From Anthoceros angustus (taxonomy: Eukaryota > Plantae > Anthocerotophyta), in contig MU008163.1 of assembly GCA_010909165.1 (NCBI GenBank), positions 558,001-622,000 of the forward strand: a DNA stretch of 64,000 nt, in the 5' to 3' direction. The notes under the pieces were generated by a model. The model did no database searches. It was not told where the DNA came from and saw only the letters and a program-made list of their open reading frames with translations. The position numbers were made by a program, and so were the translations under genes. Position 1 is the first letter of the stretch, and every line of letters begins with the position of its first letter. Of this stretch, positions 12,251-24,873 are shown one piece after another.

Positions 12251-12689
12251 AAATACTTACAAAAGGAAGCATACAGGAGCTATGGCTCTGACGATCCAGG
12301 TAAGTGTTTATGCAAACAGGTCAATTATGATTGCTAACTGTGGCATGTAGGGAAGGCCTAATGGGGGGGCTTAGCTTGGAGGGCTACGGGTACAGTGCAC
12401 CTGGGGCTGTTCATGCTAACCTCCCCGTCAAGGTCTTCTCTGTATGCTCAGGTCTCCAGAAGACACACTTAAGACGAAACGTCATGCTAGTTAACAACGT
12501 TTCGTTTACATGCCTCCTAACTTTTTTTATTTAAAAAATGAAACCCTAACTGTCATGCCACCTTCTCGTGAACAGATATGTCTGTTGGTCTGACCAATGA
12601 CATACAGAATGGAACACAGGGAGGAAAAGGCATACAAGTGTTTATGCCTCTTCAGATCTGGCACGTAACTCGTGCCTGTGCCTGGCGCA

Positions 12690-13700
12690 GCTAGCTTTCT
12701 GACAGCGGAAGCAATTTAGATTGGTGAATTACAATTCAAGGCATGTCCTCTTTCCATGTCCTGGATCTTCAAATTCAGGCTTTGTAGAAGATCAGATACT
12801 CTTCTAATGTCATGTTTGATGTCCAGGGTTGTGGATTGGAGAACTTGCTCAGTCGTCTGTTCCAGGTCTTCCACTCTGTTTCTGATAAGTACTTGATCTG
12901 AGATGACACAAGACAACGTTTTCTCTACCCTGATAGCAGTAGCCAAAGATTTATGCGCAATCTTTGCATTTGCTACTTGGTGAGAAATTAATGGTCGCTT
13001 GTTTGGAAATTGCGTGTGTAGGCAATAGGTGGTGGGCACTCGGCGTCGTATATGCCGTCGGGGTTTCTTCCCTCTTCTCCGACGAGCTCACGAATTGCTG
13101 GCAGCGATTCGGTCGGTCTTTGAGAAGATGGTCTCACTAGTCCACACCTAGAATGCTTGTCTACAAATTTCCTTAGCGAGATTAGCGTAGTGCAGCTGTG
13201 TGACTAGCTTTCGGCAGTGAAGCAATTTAGATTGGTGAATTACAATTCAAGGCATGTCCTCTTTCCATGTCACGGATCTTCAAATTCGAGCTTTGTAGAA
13301 GATCAGATACTCTTCTAATGTCATGTTTGATGTCCAGGGTTGTGGATTGGAGAACTTGCTCGATCGTCATTCGGTCTTCCACTGTTTTACGATAAGTACT
13401 TGATCTGAGATGACACAAGACAACGTTTTCTCTACCCTGATAGCAGTAGCCAAAGATTTGTCTGCAATGCTGCGACTGCTACTTGGTGAGAAATTAATGG
13501 CTGCTTGTTTGGAAATTGCACGTGTGTAGGCAATAGGTGGTGGGCACTCCTGGCGCTCGTATATGAAGCCGTCAGGTTTCTTCCCTCTTCTCCGAGCGAG
13601 CTGATCCGGCTGGTGAGCGATTCGGTCGGTCTTGAGAAGATGGTCTCACTAGTCCACACCTAGAATGCTTGTCTACAAATTTCCTTAGCCAGAGATTAGC
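12690..13700. repeat. ~511-bp tandem duplication upstream of the copia gag
   Basis: GAAGCAATTTAGATTGGTGAATTACAATTCAAGG occurs at ~12708 and ~13219. The copies differ mostly by 1-2 nt indels. Confidence 0.85.
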
Positions 13701-14679
13701 GTAATTCTGCTTGTAGAGATCTGTAGCTTCTTCAAGAGAACAGTGTCGTGGTTGGTATTGAGGGAGACCTCCTCCACGACCACGGCCTCTGCCACTAAGA
13801 TCTCTAGCAGGATTGCGGGATCTCGGCATTCTCAAAGTACTTGATCAGATGGTATCGAGGCCCTCGCTGCGCCATCGATCAAGTGCTGAGAATGCCGAGA
13901 TCCGCAATCACAGAGATCTGGTTTCTTAATGGTTCCATCCACGATCTTCCACACACGTCGAGCTATCAAAGTAGCCTTCATGCGGATCCGCAATCTGCTA
14001 AGGAAATTTGTAGACAAGCATTCTAGGTGTGGACTAGAGACCTCGACACCCAGCCGTCGATTGAATTAACGATTTTGGAGCTTGGTGGTGCACCTTGTAG
14101 GCGGTGGCTTTGCGTGACGTTTGGGTTCATCAGCCGTGCGGCAGGCTTTTCTTGGAACGAGGAGCTTTGTGGTGCGGCCAAAAGGTAGTGAATGCGCTGT
14201 GAGGCCACGATGGACGGTGAGGTTTTTGTGTGAGCGTGTGTGAGGGAAGGCGTGTGCGACTATTGCTATTGCACCGTGAGGTGCGGACACTTCTTGAAAC
14301 TGTTTGGTTTGTTTGGGCTGTCTTTGGGTTCCTTTGTAAGGCTCCTTAACTGCTCAACGTTTACAGTATGACTCCCGGACCAATCCGACGGTTTGACAAC
14401 AAGCTAAGATTCTTCACATAGGTGAGGAGGAAGGCTGTCAGTGAGGGAGGAAGGCTGTCAGTGAGGGAGGAAGTCCGTGAGGAGGAAGCAGTTCTGGAAA
14501 ACCCATCATTTGTTCTATTCCCTTTCTTTCTAGTTAGTATTGAGTCTGACGGCTGTCTCTGCACTCATTTTTCCTCTGTACAAACGCAAGCACATGACTG
14601 ATTTGTGTGTGCTTGTGGATGTTTGTCTTTCCTGTATTGCTGTCATCATGGGGAGGTGGTGGCACTGCTCGTTTACGCT

Positions 14680-15060
14680 CTTGGACTGTTGATCTGTCTA
14701 CTCGATATTCTGTCAATGAGCATGTGATCCTCAACCCTCCGGGATGGGTGGCGGAGGGATGTGCCACGGCGCAAGTTCGTAAGTACTTTGCTATGCAGCA
14801 GGGGCACGCCTTCATCGCCCTCGCCATCGAGATCCATGAGGCCATGGGCAAGGCCTTTGCTAGGTTCCTTAAGACCTGTGCCAGGGAGTACCATAGCCGC
14901 AGGAATGGGGTTGGCCTCCCTCTTTCATGTATCGTGGCTTACAGCTGACGGTGTCCATTGTCTGGGGGCATTGGCCAGCGGTGTATGGGGCGGCAGCAGC
15001 GGGGTAGGCGGTTTCTTCGGCACCGGTAGTGGGTAGGCCCTTTCATATCCCTGATTTTGA
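14680..15060 (+). mobile_element. Second CRE-like non-LTR 3' remnant
   Basis: AQVRKYFAMQQGHAFIALAIEIHEAMGKAFARFLKTCARE matches the same REL-type C-terminal pattern as 2058-2760. Confidence 0.6.
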
Positions 15061-15831
15061 TATCCTTGGCGCGGTAGGCAGTTACAAGATTGGCGACAAT
15101 GAGGATTAGTCCCCATGGTCTGGTGTCCTCTTAAGGGTTTCTTCCCTTCTCTTGGGGTAGATGGTTTTCCCTTATTTTTTCATAATAAAGTCTCCAGGAT
15201 AGTGTGACCCTAGGAAAGGGGCTTTTTGCGAGCACCGCGTTTTTTGGAATGTAGGAAACGCAGTTTGGGGCAAGCGGCTTTTCGAACGGACAAAGTGTTG
15301 CCACTGCAAAAAGTACAAATCGGTATGTACGTTGGCTCTCTTGTAGGTTCCGACAACACGCGTGCCGTGAGAGGAAAGTCGCTAAAGCGCGTGAAGAAAA
15401 TTGGGCAAGGAAAAGAAAGAAAACGGGAATGGCTTCCGGCGGTGGGGAAATGGAAATCGTTGGGGTGGCCATGTGGCTTGCCTTCAAATCCAAAGCTGGC
15501 AGGAAGAAGCATCCCTTCTCCTTCCAGTCCATTTTACGCTGTGTTCACGCCCCGCGCATCCGCCGGCAGGGCCATGACATTCGCTTGCTGCCGCCTGGCT
15601 TTGCGCTCCTCTTGGGCGACTCCACCTGCCGCCCCGTTCGTCTGACACGGCATGCTCGCACCTAGTGCTGCCCGCTGCCTCCCCAGTCTCTCTCCGCTCG
15701 GCTGGCTTGTCCCGGGAGCAGGAGATAGCCTAGCTCTGCCTCAGGATTGGGAGATTCGCACTCGGATCGTGAGAAATCGCGCTGGAGGGAGCTCTGGATC
15801 GGGCGAGGGCGAGGGCGGGGTCGGGGTCGGG

Positions 15832-18800
15832 ATGGGATCCTCCGGGAGCGTTTGCTGGAGGCGGCGGAGGGTATGCCTGGCGCTGCTGATTCTGGCGCTG
15901 CTGGGTTTGCACGGCCTTGTGCTGGTTAGGGCGGAGGGGGAAAAGCGGTCGCTGTACAGCGCGTTGGGAGGGGAGTCTGGCGCCGGGGTGCTGTCCTTGC
16001 GGCATAAGTATGCGGATCGGGAGGGGTCCAGTTTTAAAGGCAGGGGGAAGGGCATGACGCGGGAGCACTTTGAGTTGCTCCGGGAGCACGATCGGGCTCG
16101 GCGGCGACGCTTTCTTGCGGAGGTTGCCGAGTTTCCGCTTGGTGGTAAACCTGATCCAGATGCTGATGGGTGAGATATTTTGTCATAATCTATCGAAGCG
16201 TGCTTGTTTTGTTGTTTTGTTTGTTTGTTTGCCTTTTTGTTCTTTTTGAGGCTGGGGGATCGTGTTTTGTTGTGAGTGTTGGTGGTTGATGGTCTTGACT
16301 CTGGTCTTAGATTGATGGGTTTCGTAGAATTCATTTGGATGCATTAGCTGGAGTCTGAGAGGTTCGGAGGCGAAGTCGCGTAGCCTTGTACAGGTTGTAG
16401 AAAACAGGGGTTCCCTGGGTTTCGGTCCTGAAGAGCTTTCGTCGTTTCCACTTGGTGCTTGAGGGATGGGAGCTCGCCATTTTTTGGGAGAAGTGGATTC
16501 GTCCGTTTTACCCTGCATCAGTAGTTGTAGCGAGCAGGTGTTAGGGGTTCTCTGATGTGTGTCAACAGTCTTTTTGCCACTCCTGTCCTTTTGTGGATCT
16601 GCTTCTGTTCAGTCTGCAAGTCTGAATCAGAAAGATCATACTCTGACACTGGCAGTAATCGTTGGGGTCAAGCAGGTGTGTGCACGAAAATAAATCCTCG
16701 AAAGCAGAGCAAGCGCTGAGGCAAATTAGACTTGTTTCGCTGCTGCAAGTTATGGCGGCCAAATTTTCTTGTGCACTTGCCCAAGGCAGCATCTATGCTC
16801 ATTGTCTACTATGATTGTGTCGGCTGCTATCAGCAGTGAATTCCTGTCTGGTGAATTTGGCATTGCAATTAGGTTTGCCTACGTTTCAGTTGAATTTGTG
16901 GTGATCCATGCTTGTGGGTGCCTTCCTTTATCGTTCTCTGCCTCTTGTACACTGCAACACCTGACATCGGGTCTGTGACTGCAGAGTACAGTATTACGTG
17001 CCAGACTTAGTCTGTAGATTGTTGCTGACACAATCTCCCTGTGTGCAGGCTCTACTACACCAGCCTCTCCTTAGGCTCACCTCCTCAAAAATTCTTTCTC
17101 CAAGTAGATACAGGCAGTGACCTGATGTGGGTTTATTGTCATCCATGCAACAGATGTCCATCAGGAGCAAGTAGCCTCGGGGTATGCTGCATCCTGTTGC
17201 TTCGTATTTACGTTGATCGTGCTTCTGGTGCTAGGGCAACTTGTTCTAACCATTAACATCGCTGGTGTATCTTCTTCAGTTTGAGATCCAGCAATACGAC
17301 CCAAGTCGTTCTTCAAATAGTAGTATTGTTGGCTGTACAGATGTGATGTGCAAGAACCTTCTTAGGAATCCGAGCTGTGATGTCAATGAGTGTGACTACC
17401 AATTGGTATATGCGGATGGGAGCCAGACATCTGGCAGATTGATTAGGGATACGTTGACCTACACACAGCTGCTCAACTCCGCTCCGCAGAATGCAGCAGC
17501 AAGTATTGTTTTTGGGTATTCCTCTTCTCCTGTTGTTGTACTTTGATGTCTTTGGCTTGTTTCTGCCAGTTTCGTTTGTTGAGCTGGTTTATCAGCTATG
17601 AAGTATCAGCTTGCCTCAGTTTGCAATGTAGTGGTGGGACTTACTGGAGGCTCTTAATTAGGTGTGGTTATGATCAGACAGGCGATCTGGCCTCCTCGAA
17701 TAGGGCAGTGGATGGTATCATCGGTTTTGGACAGGCTGCCATCTCTGTCCCGTCACAGCTGTATGCCGAAGGACAAACCCCCAACACCTTTGCACATTGT
17801 TTGGAGGGAGAAGGAAATGGAGGTGGGGTGATGGTGCTTGGTGCTGTGGATGATTCGGATCTTGTGTTTACTCCGATGGTGCCCAGGCAGTAAGTTTTAC
17901 CACCACAAGCTTTCCACACAACAATTCATAAAACAAAATTCCATCACTCCAAATATCTACCTTGGTATCATGGGGCTTCTGAAGCTGAATATTTGGTGGC
18001 ACATGCACTGATTTGTTCTATGACTCCAATTTGCAGGCCTCATTACAATGTCTACTTGCAGTCAATCGCCGTGGGTGGTGTGAACCTGTCTATTCCCGGG
18101 AGTGCATTTGCTACGGACTCAAGCAGTGGCGCAGGCACTATATTTGATAGTGGAACTACTCTCGCCCTGTTTTCAACACCATCATACAACCCAACTTACA
18201 GTGCGGTGAGAATTATCCTTGATTTGCACCCCATGGATGCTTATTGTCGGTGTCGTTTCTGAAGAGTATGTGCAACCAACCTCAGTAAGTTGGGTAGGAT
18301 GGCTTCCTACTTGAAGAGGAACTGGTCCAAGTCTAGATTGAGTTTGACTGGAGATTTGATTCATTCCAGGAAATGTGCAGTAAGTTATTCGGATATTTGG
18401 ATGACCAACGAGTCTAGTTGTTTGTGATCCTAAAGTTGTGGGGTTCTTGATGCAGATCCTTGAGCAGATGAGTGATAGCGTGAGGCGGCAACCTTTCGAA
18501 TCGTTTGACTGCTTTTTTGTGCCTTCAGGCGGGTGTGGCCCTCTCTGCGATCCCTGTTTATGTTCTACAAGAATTTAATGTCTCTGAAGGGTTGGTTCTG
18601 ATCCCTTGGATGTTGTTCTGCAGGTCAATTAATGACTACTTCCCCAATGTAACGCTCTACTTTAGTGGTGCTGCGATGCAGCTTACGCCCGACAATTATC
18701 TCTTTAAATTTGATAACATAGTAAGTGCTGATTTCTGTAGTTTGTAGTTTCAAAAGAGTCACCTCGTTATACAGGTGGCTGTGTTTTGGCATGCTGGATG

Positions 18801-19368
18801 AATGGCCATGTCTTCTTAAATCGTTTTGCTGAGGATGTTGTTTTGGCACTTTTAGGGGAGGAGTAATTTCTGGTGCTGGGGGTGGACAACATCTTCTGAT
18901 GAACCGGGCCTGACGATCCTTGGAGGTATGGCAAACTGACTTGTTGATGTTGATGTTGATGCGCCACGTTTTGTCCACTCAAACTCTTGGTTAGGGCGCT
19001 GTGTTTCATCAGAGTTGAGTGATTTATGTCGCCTCCGCAGATATTGTACTCAAGGATAGGCTAGTAGTGTATGATAATGTCAACAAGCGTATTGGATGGG
19101 CTGACTACAATTGTAAGTCTTCACTCGCTTGTACGATTGATCTTTTCAAGAGATGCTGTTCACCGTACGATGTGCTTACATTACGCGTCTGACATGCTTG
19201 GTGCCCTGAACAGGTTCCGGCCCAGTCACTGCATCAGCAGACCAGGGACCGGAGACAGTGGTTCCGTCACCTTTGACGGACAGGAATTGGGGTATCCAAC
19301 TGTCTGCAGGGCTAATGGGTACGTGGATTAGTATGATCATTGCAGGATATTTCGCCCTGCTCCATTGA
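15832..19368 (+). CDS. Pepsin-like (A1) atypical aspartic protease, multi-exon, with signal peptide and hydrophobic (GPI-anchor-like) C-terminus
   Basis: [28 protein letters not shown] (catalytic DTG), [28 protein letters not shown] (catalytic DSG), [12 protein letters not shown]. Exon boundaries are approximate. Confidence 0.9.
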
Positions 19369-20392
19369 CATGCATGACGGACCGTCGCAAATGGTAGCAT
19401 GTTTGTAACATGATTTAATGCAGCCTGGAATTTATTTCAGGCGTCTAGCATTCTTTTTAAGGCAGGTTTTCCCAGGAGGTAATTGGATGTGCATGGGAGG
19501 ATTATTGTACTATGTACCATGGTATAAATCATCTGTTGGCCTGGCGGATCGTTTCTTTTTTGAGGGAAAGTGTGGTCTTCTTCAAGAGTCCATCCATTGT
19601 ATTGAAGTGGAGCAGCATTTTAGCTTGTCACTATGTCACGGTGCGCAAGTTAAAACCCTCAATCCGGCTACTTGCATGCACCCATCCAGACCTGTACCAA
19701 GCCGTGGAAGTCTCGGAAAAAACTATCAAAACAAGGTTTTCGACAGTGAAATGCAAGCGCGAAACTTCCCCCGTGCACAATTAAATCCTGGGAAATCCTG
19801 AAGCTTGCTGTGCGCCATACGCTCGTTTTCTTATTGCATCGTTGTTGCGACATTTAACCTTCGGCACCTCACTTATGGATGTAGGACAGATGAAACCTGT
19901 ACACCTACACACCAATCCCCAAATTATAAAATATTGTCGCCTCACACCGTTTCGTGGAGGTCCCCGAAGCGTCTCAACGTTCAAGCGCCACCGCTAAAAT
20001 CGACCGTTGCCTCGCACAAAGCCAGCCTATGCGCTACCCTGAAGTCTCCTCCTCCAGCTAGTTTGTGACACAACCAAAGCACAGGTTAGTCATGTCGGAC
20101 AGTCTGCACACTACGATACCCCTTGGGCCCCTGGTATCACTTTGCTGGCTCATGCGCACTATTTCGGTCGCCAGAGACATGCGATTCCTCCAAGTCCAAC
20201 ACGGTTGCCATCCATCGCACGACAATATTTGTCTCCAGACCTGTGCACGAAACAGCAGGCCAGGCTTTCTGATTGACGTGCAACATCGCACCGGACAAAC
20301 ATTGCAGGCAACGGGTGCACGATTAGCTTTCCACAAATTCCTGCACCAGAATCAACAATCTAAATTTGCCTCCTGAGGTGTGTGAAGCGAAA

Positions 20393-20755
20393 ATGAACGC
20401 CGCCGCTGCCGCAAGGGAGAAGGAAGAGGTCAAGAGGGCGGCTGCCAAGGAAAACGCAGCAAAGGTGGCTGCCGAGAAGGAGAAGGCCGCACAGGAAAAA
20501 GAAGCCGCACGGAAGGCCAAGGAGCAAGCGGCCTTGCAGAAGGCAGCGGCTGAGAAAGCCGCTGCCAAGAAGGCGGCCGAGGACAGACAATTGGCTCAGA
20601 AGGAGCAGGCTGAGAAAGCCAAGCAAAAGCGAGAAGAAGCAGAGAAGGCCAAGCAAGCTGAAGCCGACAAAATCAACGCCGAGAGGGCGAAGAAGCAGGA
20701 TAAAGCCGAGCAGTCCGAGGCTAATCAAGCAAGGAAGGCAGGCAGGGGTGCATAG
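20393..20755 (+). CDS. Small Lys/Ala/Glu-rich helical protein (LEA-like, 120 aa)
   Basis: ATG in AAAATG context; uninterrupted AAEKEKAAQEKEAARKAKEQ-type repeats with coding-like codon use. Family is uncertain. Confidence 0.6.
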   Translation: MNAAAAAREKEEVKRAAAKENAAKVAAEKEKAAQEKEAARKAKEQAALQKAAAEKAAAKKAAEDRQLAQKEQAEKAKQKREEAEKAKQAEADKINAERAKKQDKAEQSEANQARKAGRGA

Positions 20756-21087
20756 GCATTTCTCCATTTCTCTCCGCCTATGCTAATCGCCTGCTATTAA
20801 CTAGTAAATTTGTTTGATAAAAATGTGCATCTTCATTGCCCGTTCGATGGACTATATGTAAACAAGTCTGGACGGCCTCAAGTGTAGCTGGCGGCGCTCA
20901 GCCCGTTGCTTGTTGCGTCTTTAGGCATTGTCTCTCAGCCTCGTGCATGCTTCTTCTTGCATGTTGCATATGCCCATGGCTTGCTTCTTCTTGGTGTTGT
21001 TCCTCTCCAAGAATCACCAACTAACCCAAAAAAACATTTCAAGAATGGCCCCAAATTAAACAGTCCAAAGGAGAATCAAAAACCATA

Positions 21088-21160
21088 TTCCGTAGCCGGG
21101 ACTCGAACCCGGGTCGCCTGGGTGAAAGCCAGGTATCCTAACCATCTAGACTACTACGGA
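21088..21160 (-). tRNA. trnE-UUC: tRNA-Glu (anticodon TTC)
   Basis: TCCGTAG acceptor pairs with CTACGGA; anticodon arm CCTGG-CT-TTC-AC-CCAGG; T arm CCGGG-TTCGAGT-CCCGG; T5 terminator a few bases downstream. Confidence 0.96.
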
Positions 21161-21395
21161 TAACATGACAACGCTTTGTCAATTAAATATTATAATTAAA
21201 AAAAATTATCTTAGGTGAAGTAATATTCACCATGCTTCTACCAAAGCAAGTCTGAGGGCGGGTGTTTTGAGAACCCAGCGTGTATCATCTTTACCTCTGG
21301 GCAGCTTCGAATTTGTCGGCTTGAGCTTGCTTGGCAATTCTCCGCCTTTGTTGCTTCCTTCTCTCGTGCGGCTTGCGGCAGCGCTGATTTTGGGT

Positions 21396-23714
21396 ATGGC
21401 AACTCGACCGGCGGTGGTGATTGACAATGGCACGGGGTAGGATGTTCTGGATCTCTGTCTGTGGATTGGATTCTGCCACCTTGTTGCCGGAAGTGTCTGA
21501 ATTTTGCAATGTGTGTGAAGGTACACGAAGATGGGGTTCGCTGGGAACGTGGAGCCTTGCTTCATCATCCCGACTGTTGTTGCGGTGAATGAGTCCTTCC
21601 TCGGGCAGACGAGCAGTCAGGGAAAAGGATGGACTGCGCAGCACACTGCAGGGGTGATGGCGGATCTGGATTTTTATATCGGTGACGAAGCGTTGGCCCG
21701 TACACATTCCAGCACGTATGCCATGAGTTATCCAATCCGGCATGGCCAGGTTGGGGCTCTGGTGCTCCTGATCAGTTTGATCTGTTTTGGATGCGGGGTT
21801 AGGAGAGGGTGAGCTGAGGATCTTGGTTTTTGTGGGGTTCAGGTTGAGAACTGGGACACCATGGAGAGGTATTGGCAACAGTGTATCTTTAGCTATCTGC
21901 GGTGTGATCCAGAGGACCACTACTTTCTTCTGACCGAGAGCCCGCTTACAGCACCGGAGAGTAGGGAGTACACTGGCGAAATCATGTTTGAAACGTTTAA
22001 CGTGCCTGGGCTCTACATTGCAGTCCAAGCTGTGCTTGCACTAGCTGCTGGCTACACCACCACGAAGGTCTGTTTTCCTTCCCATTTGCATCTTGTGCAC
22101 TGGATGCATTTGAACCCTGTAGTTAGAGGGTGAGTGGTGTCAGTCAGCCCTGAACAGACTGGAATATTGCAGTGTGAAATGACCGGAGTGGTGGTGGATG
22201 CTGGAGATGGGGTGACACACATCGTTCCTGTTGCTGATGGGTACGTCATGGGCGGCAGCATCAAATCAATTCCTATTGCTGGAAAGGATCTCACAATGTT
22301 CATTCAGAAAATGATGCGAGTAAGTCATATGTTTGGATTATTCTACCCGCATTGTAGTGACAGGATGTGCTGCTCCCACCGCAGCCAGGTTGGTCTGCAT
22401 GAATACCTTCGGATGCATGTTACTCTTCCTGCTGACCATCGTTTTTGTCCCAAATGATGGCCTAATGCAGGAACGTGGAGAGCCCATACCGCCTGAGGAT
22501 TCCTTGGATGTTTCTCGACGTATTAAGGAGGCATACTGCTACACCTGTGCTGACATGTCGAAGGTAGATAATTTGGAAGAATTTTGCATGCGCAGTTCAG
22601 TCTTTCGTCTCGTAACTGCTTGCCCAAAGAGTTGTTTTCCTTCCTCCTTTACCTAAGCTGCAGTAACCGTTTCACACCATCCTGAAAGCACAGATTACTG
22701 TTGTTGACCTACTATTGCCACCTGAATCATGGCAATTCTAACAACTGATGCATCTTTCCTGTATGTGGGGTTTACCTTTGACTGATGCTGTCATGCAGCG
22801 GATATGTTTTATCAATGTATGATGGCAGGAGTATGTAAAACACAACAAGGACCCAGCGAAATATGTGAAGCACTGGACAAGTACAAACTCAAAGACAGGG
22901 GCGCCGTACACCTGTCAGATTGGCTATGAAAGATTTCTTGCTCCTGAGGTTGGATGTTTACTGCCTCAAAGAGTTCAAACCTTGGATCCTCCCTGTTCAA
23001 ACCTTTCAAACCTTACACCTTGTTTCACCTGACGCAGGTCTTTTTCCAACCGGATATATATAGCACTGAGTTTACAACACCTTTGCCGGAGGTAGTTGAC
23101 AAGGTCATTCAGACGTCCCCGATTGACACACGTCGTGCACTGTACAAGGTACTTCATGCTAACCTTGTACAGGTTGGAGTTTCAGATATCTTCCTGACCT
23201 TGACAGAGATACATGCTCGAGAACACTAAAATCTCCTGCCTGTCGGCACCAGAATATCGTGCTCTCTGGAGGTTCTACAATGTTCAAAGACTTTCCTAGG
23301 AGACTTCAACGAGACATCAAGAAGATAGTGGATAACCGCAGGCATGGTGGGGAGCTGAAGGTACACTTAACTCCCACATCACCTATCGTTGGGTGTGGTT
23401 TCCATTATCCTTGCAAAGCCCCCCAACAATGTGATCTGTGTTTCGTGAACAGGGGCAGGCAATTGATGTGAACGTGGTGGGCCACCACATGCAGCGATTT
23501 GCAGTCTGGTTTGGAGGATCAGTCCTGGCCTCAACTCCTGAATTCTTTGCGGTAAAGTCGAAACTTGCCGTCTATCGTAAGTAGTCTAGAAACCCACGTT
23601 TCCCTTTGTTCCTAATTTCGACGTATGCTGCAGGCCTGCCACACGAAAGCGGATTACGAGGAGTATGGACCCAGCATTTGCCGCACAAATCCGGTTTTCA
23701 AAGGGATGTTTTGA
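21396..23714 (+). CDS. ARP3: Actin-related protein 3 (Arp2/3 complex), multi-exon
   Basis: [71 protein letters not shown]-terminus [11 protein letters not shown]. Confidence 0.96.
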
Positions 23715-24873
23715 TACTGAAATATGGCATATTGCCTCATCACTGAACATATCTATATCACGTTCCCGCAAATTCAGAAACTGTGACCAAACCCTGACCA
23801 CCGTGCTAACAACAGAACTGTCACAAAGGAAGTGCGAACCTGCACATAAAATCTCACCGACGACTGGCATTTATTTCACCAGGTTTTTTGAGTAACGTGG
23901 CATTCATTTCTTTAGACCGCTGCTGTACGACGGCGACCGGAGCTTGGCGAACCCCCAGATGCATTCATGGTGGATGGTCGATGATAACGTCTGGACGCTT
24001 TGCGGGTCAGCTTCACACATGCGTTCAAAGAGCTGGATCCAGGCTTGCTGACGAACGGACCTATGTGTTGTACACGTCCTTGTGCACAGGACTCGTGGCG
24101 AGACGTCGGCTCCGGGTTAGGTAGGCACCATAGGCTTGTGACCAATGTGGTCGCATCCTGACACAAACTGACTCTCCGAGGGTACCTGATTTCGATATGG
24201 AGGAGAAAGGGAATCAGGAGGAGATCCTCCTCGCTTCAACGAGCAAGGCAGTGAGCTGCAGCCAAGGCAAGGACGGCAGAACCGAAGAAGGAGAAAACCT
24301 GTAAACTGAACACCGAGACGAAAGTGGAATAATGTTTGGCTTGACTGGTATAGTACAAGTGCATCTGCTTGCAGAATATTTCCGAAATGGTCACAAAACT
24401 CTGGCGGAACAAAAGTGAGTAAGCCACACCTCTTAAGAAAACAGGAGGTTCGGGGTTAACGCCACCATCTATGACGGCAAATTACAGCTAACTATTGAGA
24501 CAAGGCTAACGCAAGCCAAAACAAGGGGCCTAGGTCTACATACTCCATGCTGACTGGGACATGGAAAGGGTGAGAGGACAGACCACCATTGTTCCCTATA
24601 CAAGCCTTTTATCTACTCCTCCTACAGGTGAACCACTGCTGCAAGTCAAGCTTACGTATGCTGGCAGGAGCTGACCTTGCCACACTTGAGTGACACCAGC
24701 CAAGGATTAGGAAGAACTCAATCTGGGCTGGATCAATCCCTGACAACTCTCTCCACCTTCAACATGCACTTGGGACAGGGATTGTACCAGAGGCTTACAA
24801 AACTAACCCATGACCAGATGCAACCTAGAGGTAAAGCCAAATTATTTTAGTTTAGCTCATACTAATACGACAT

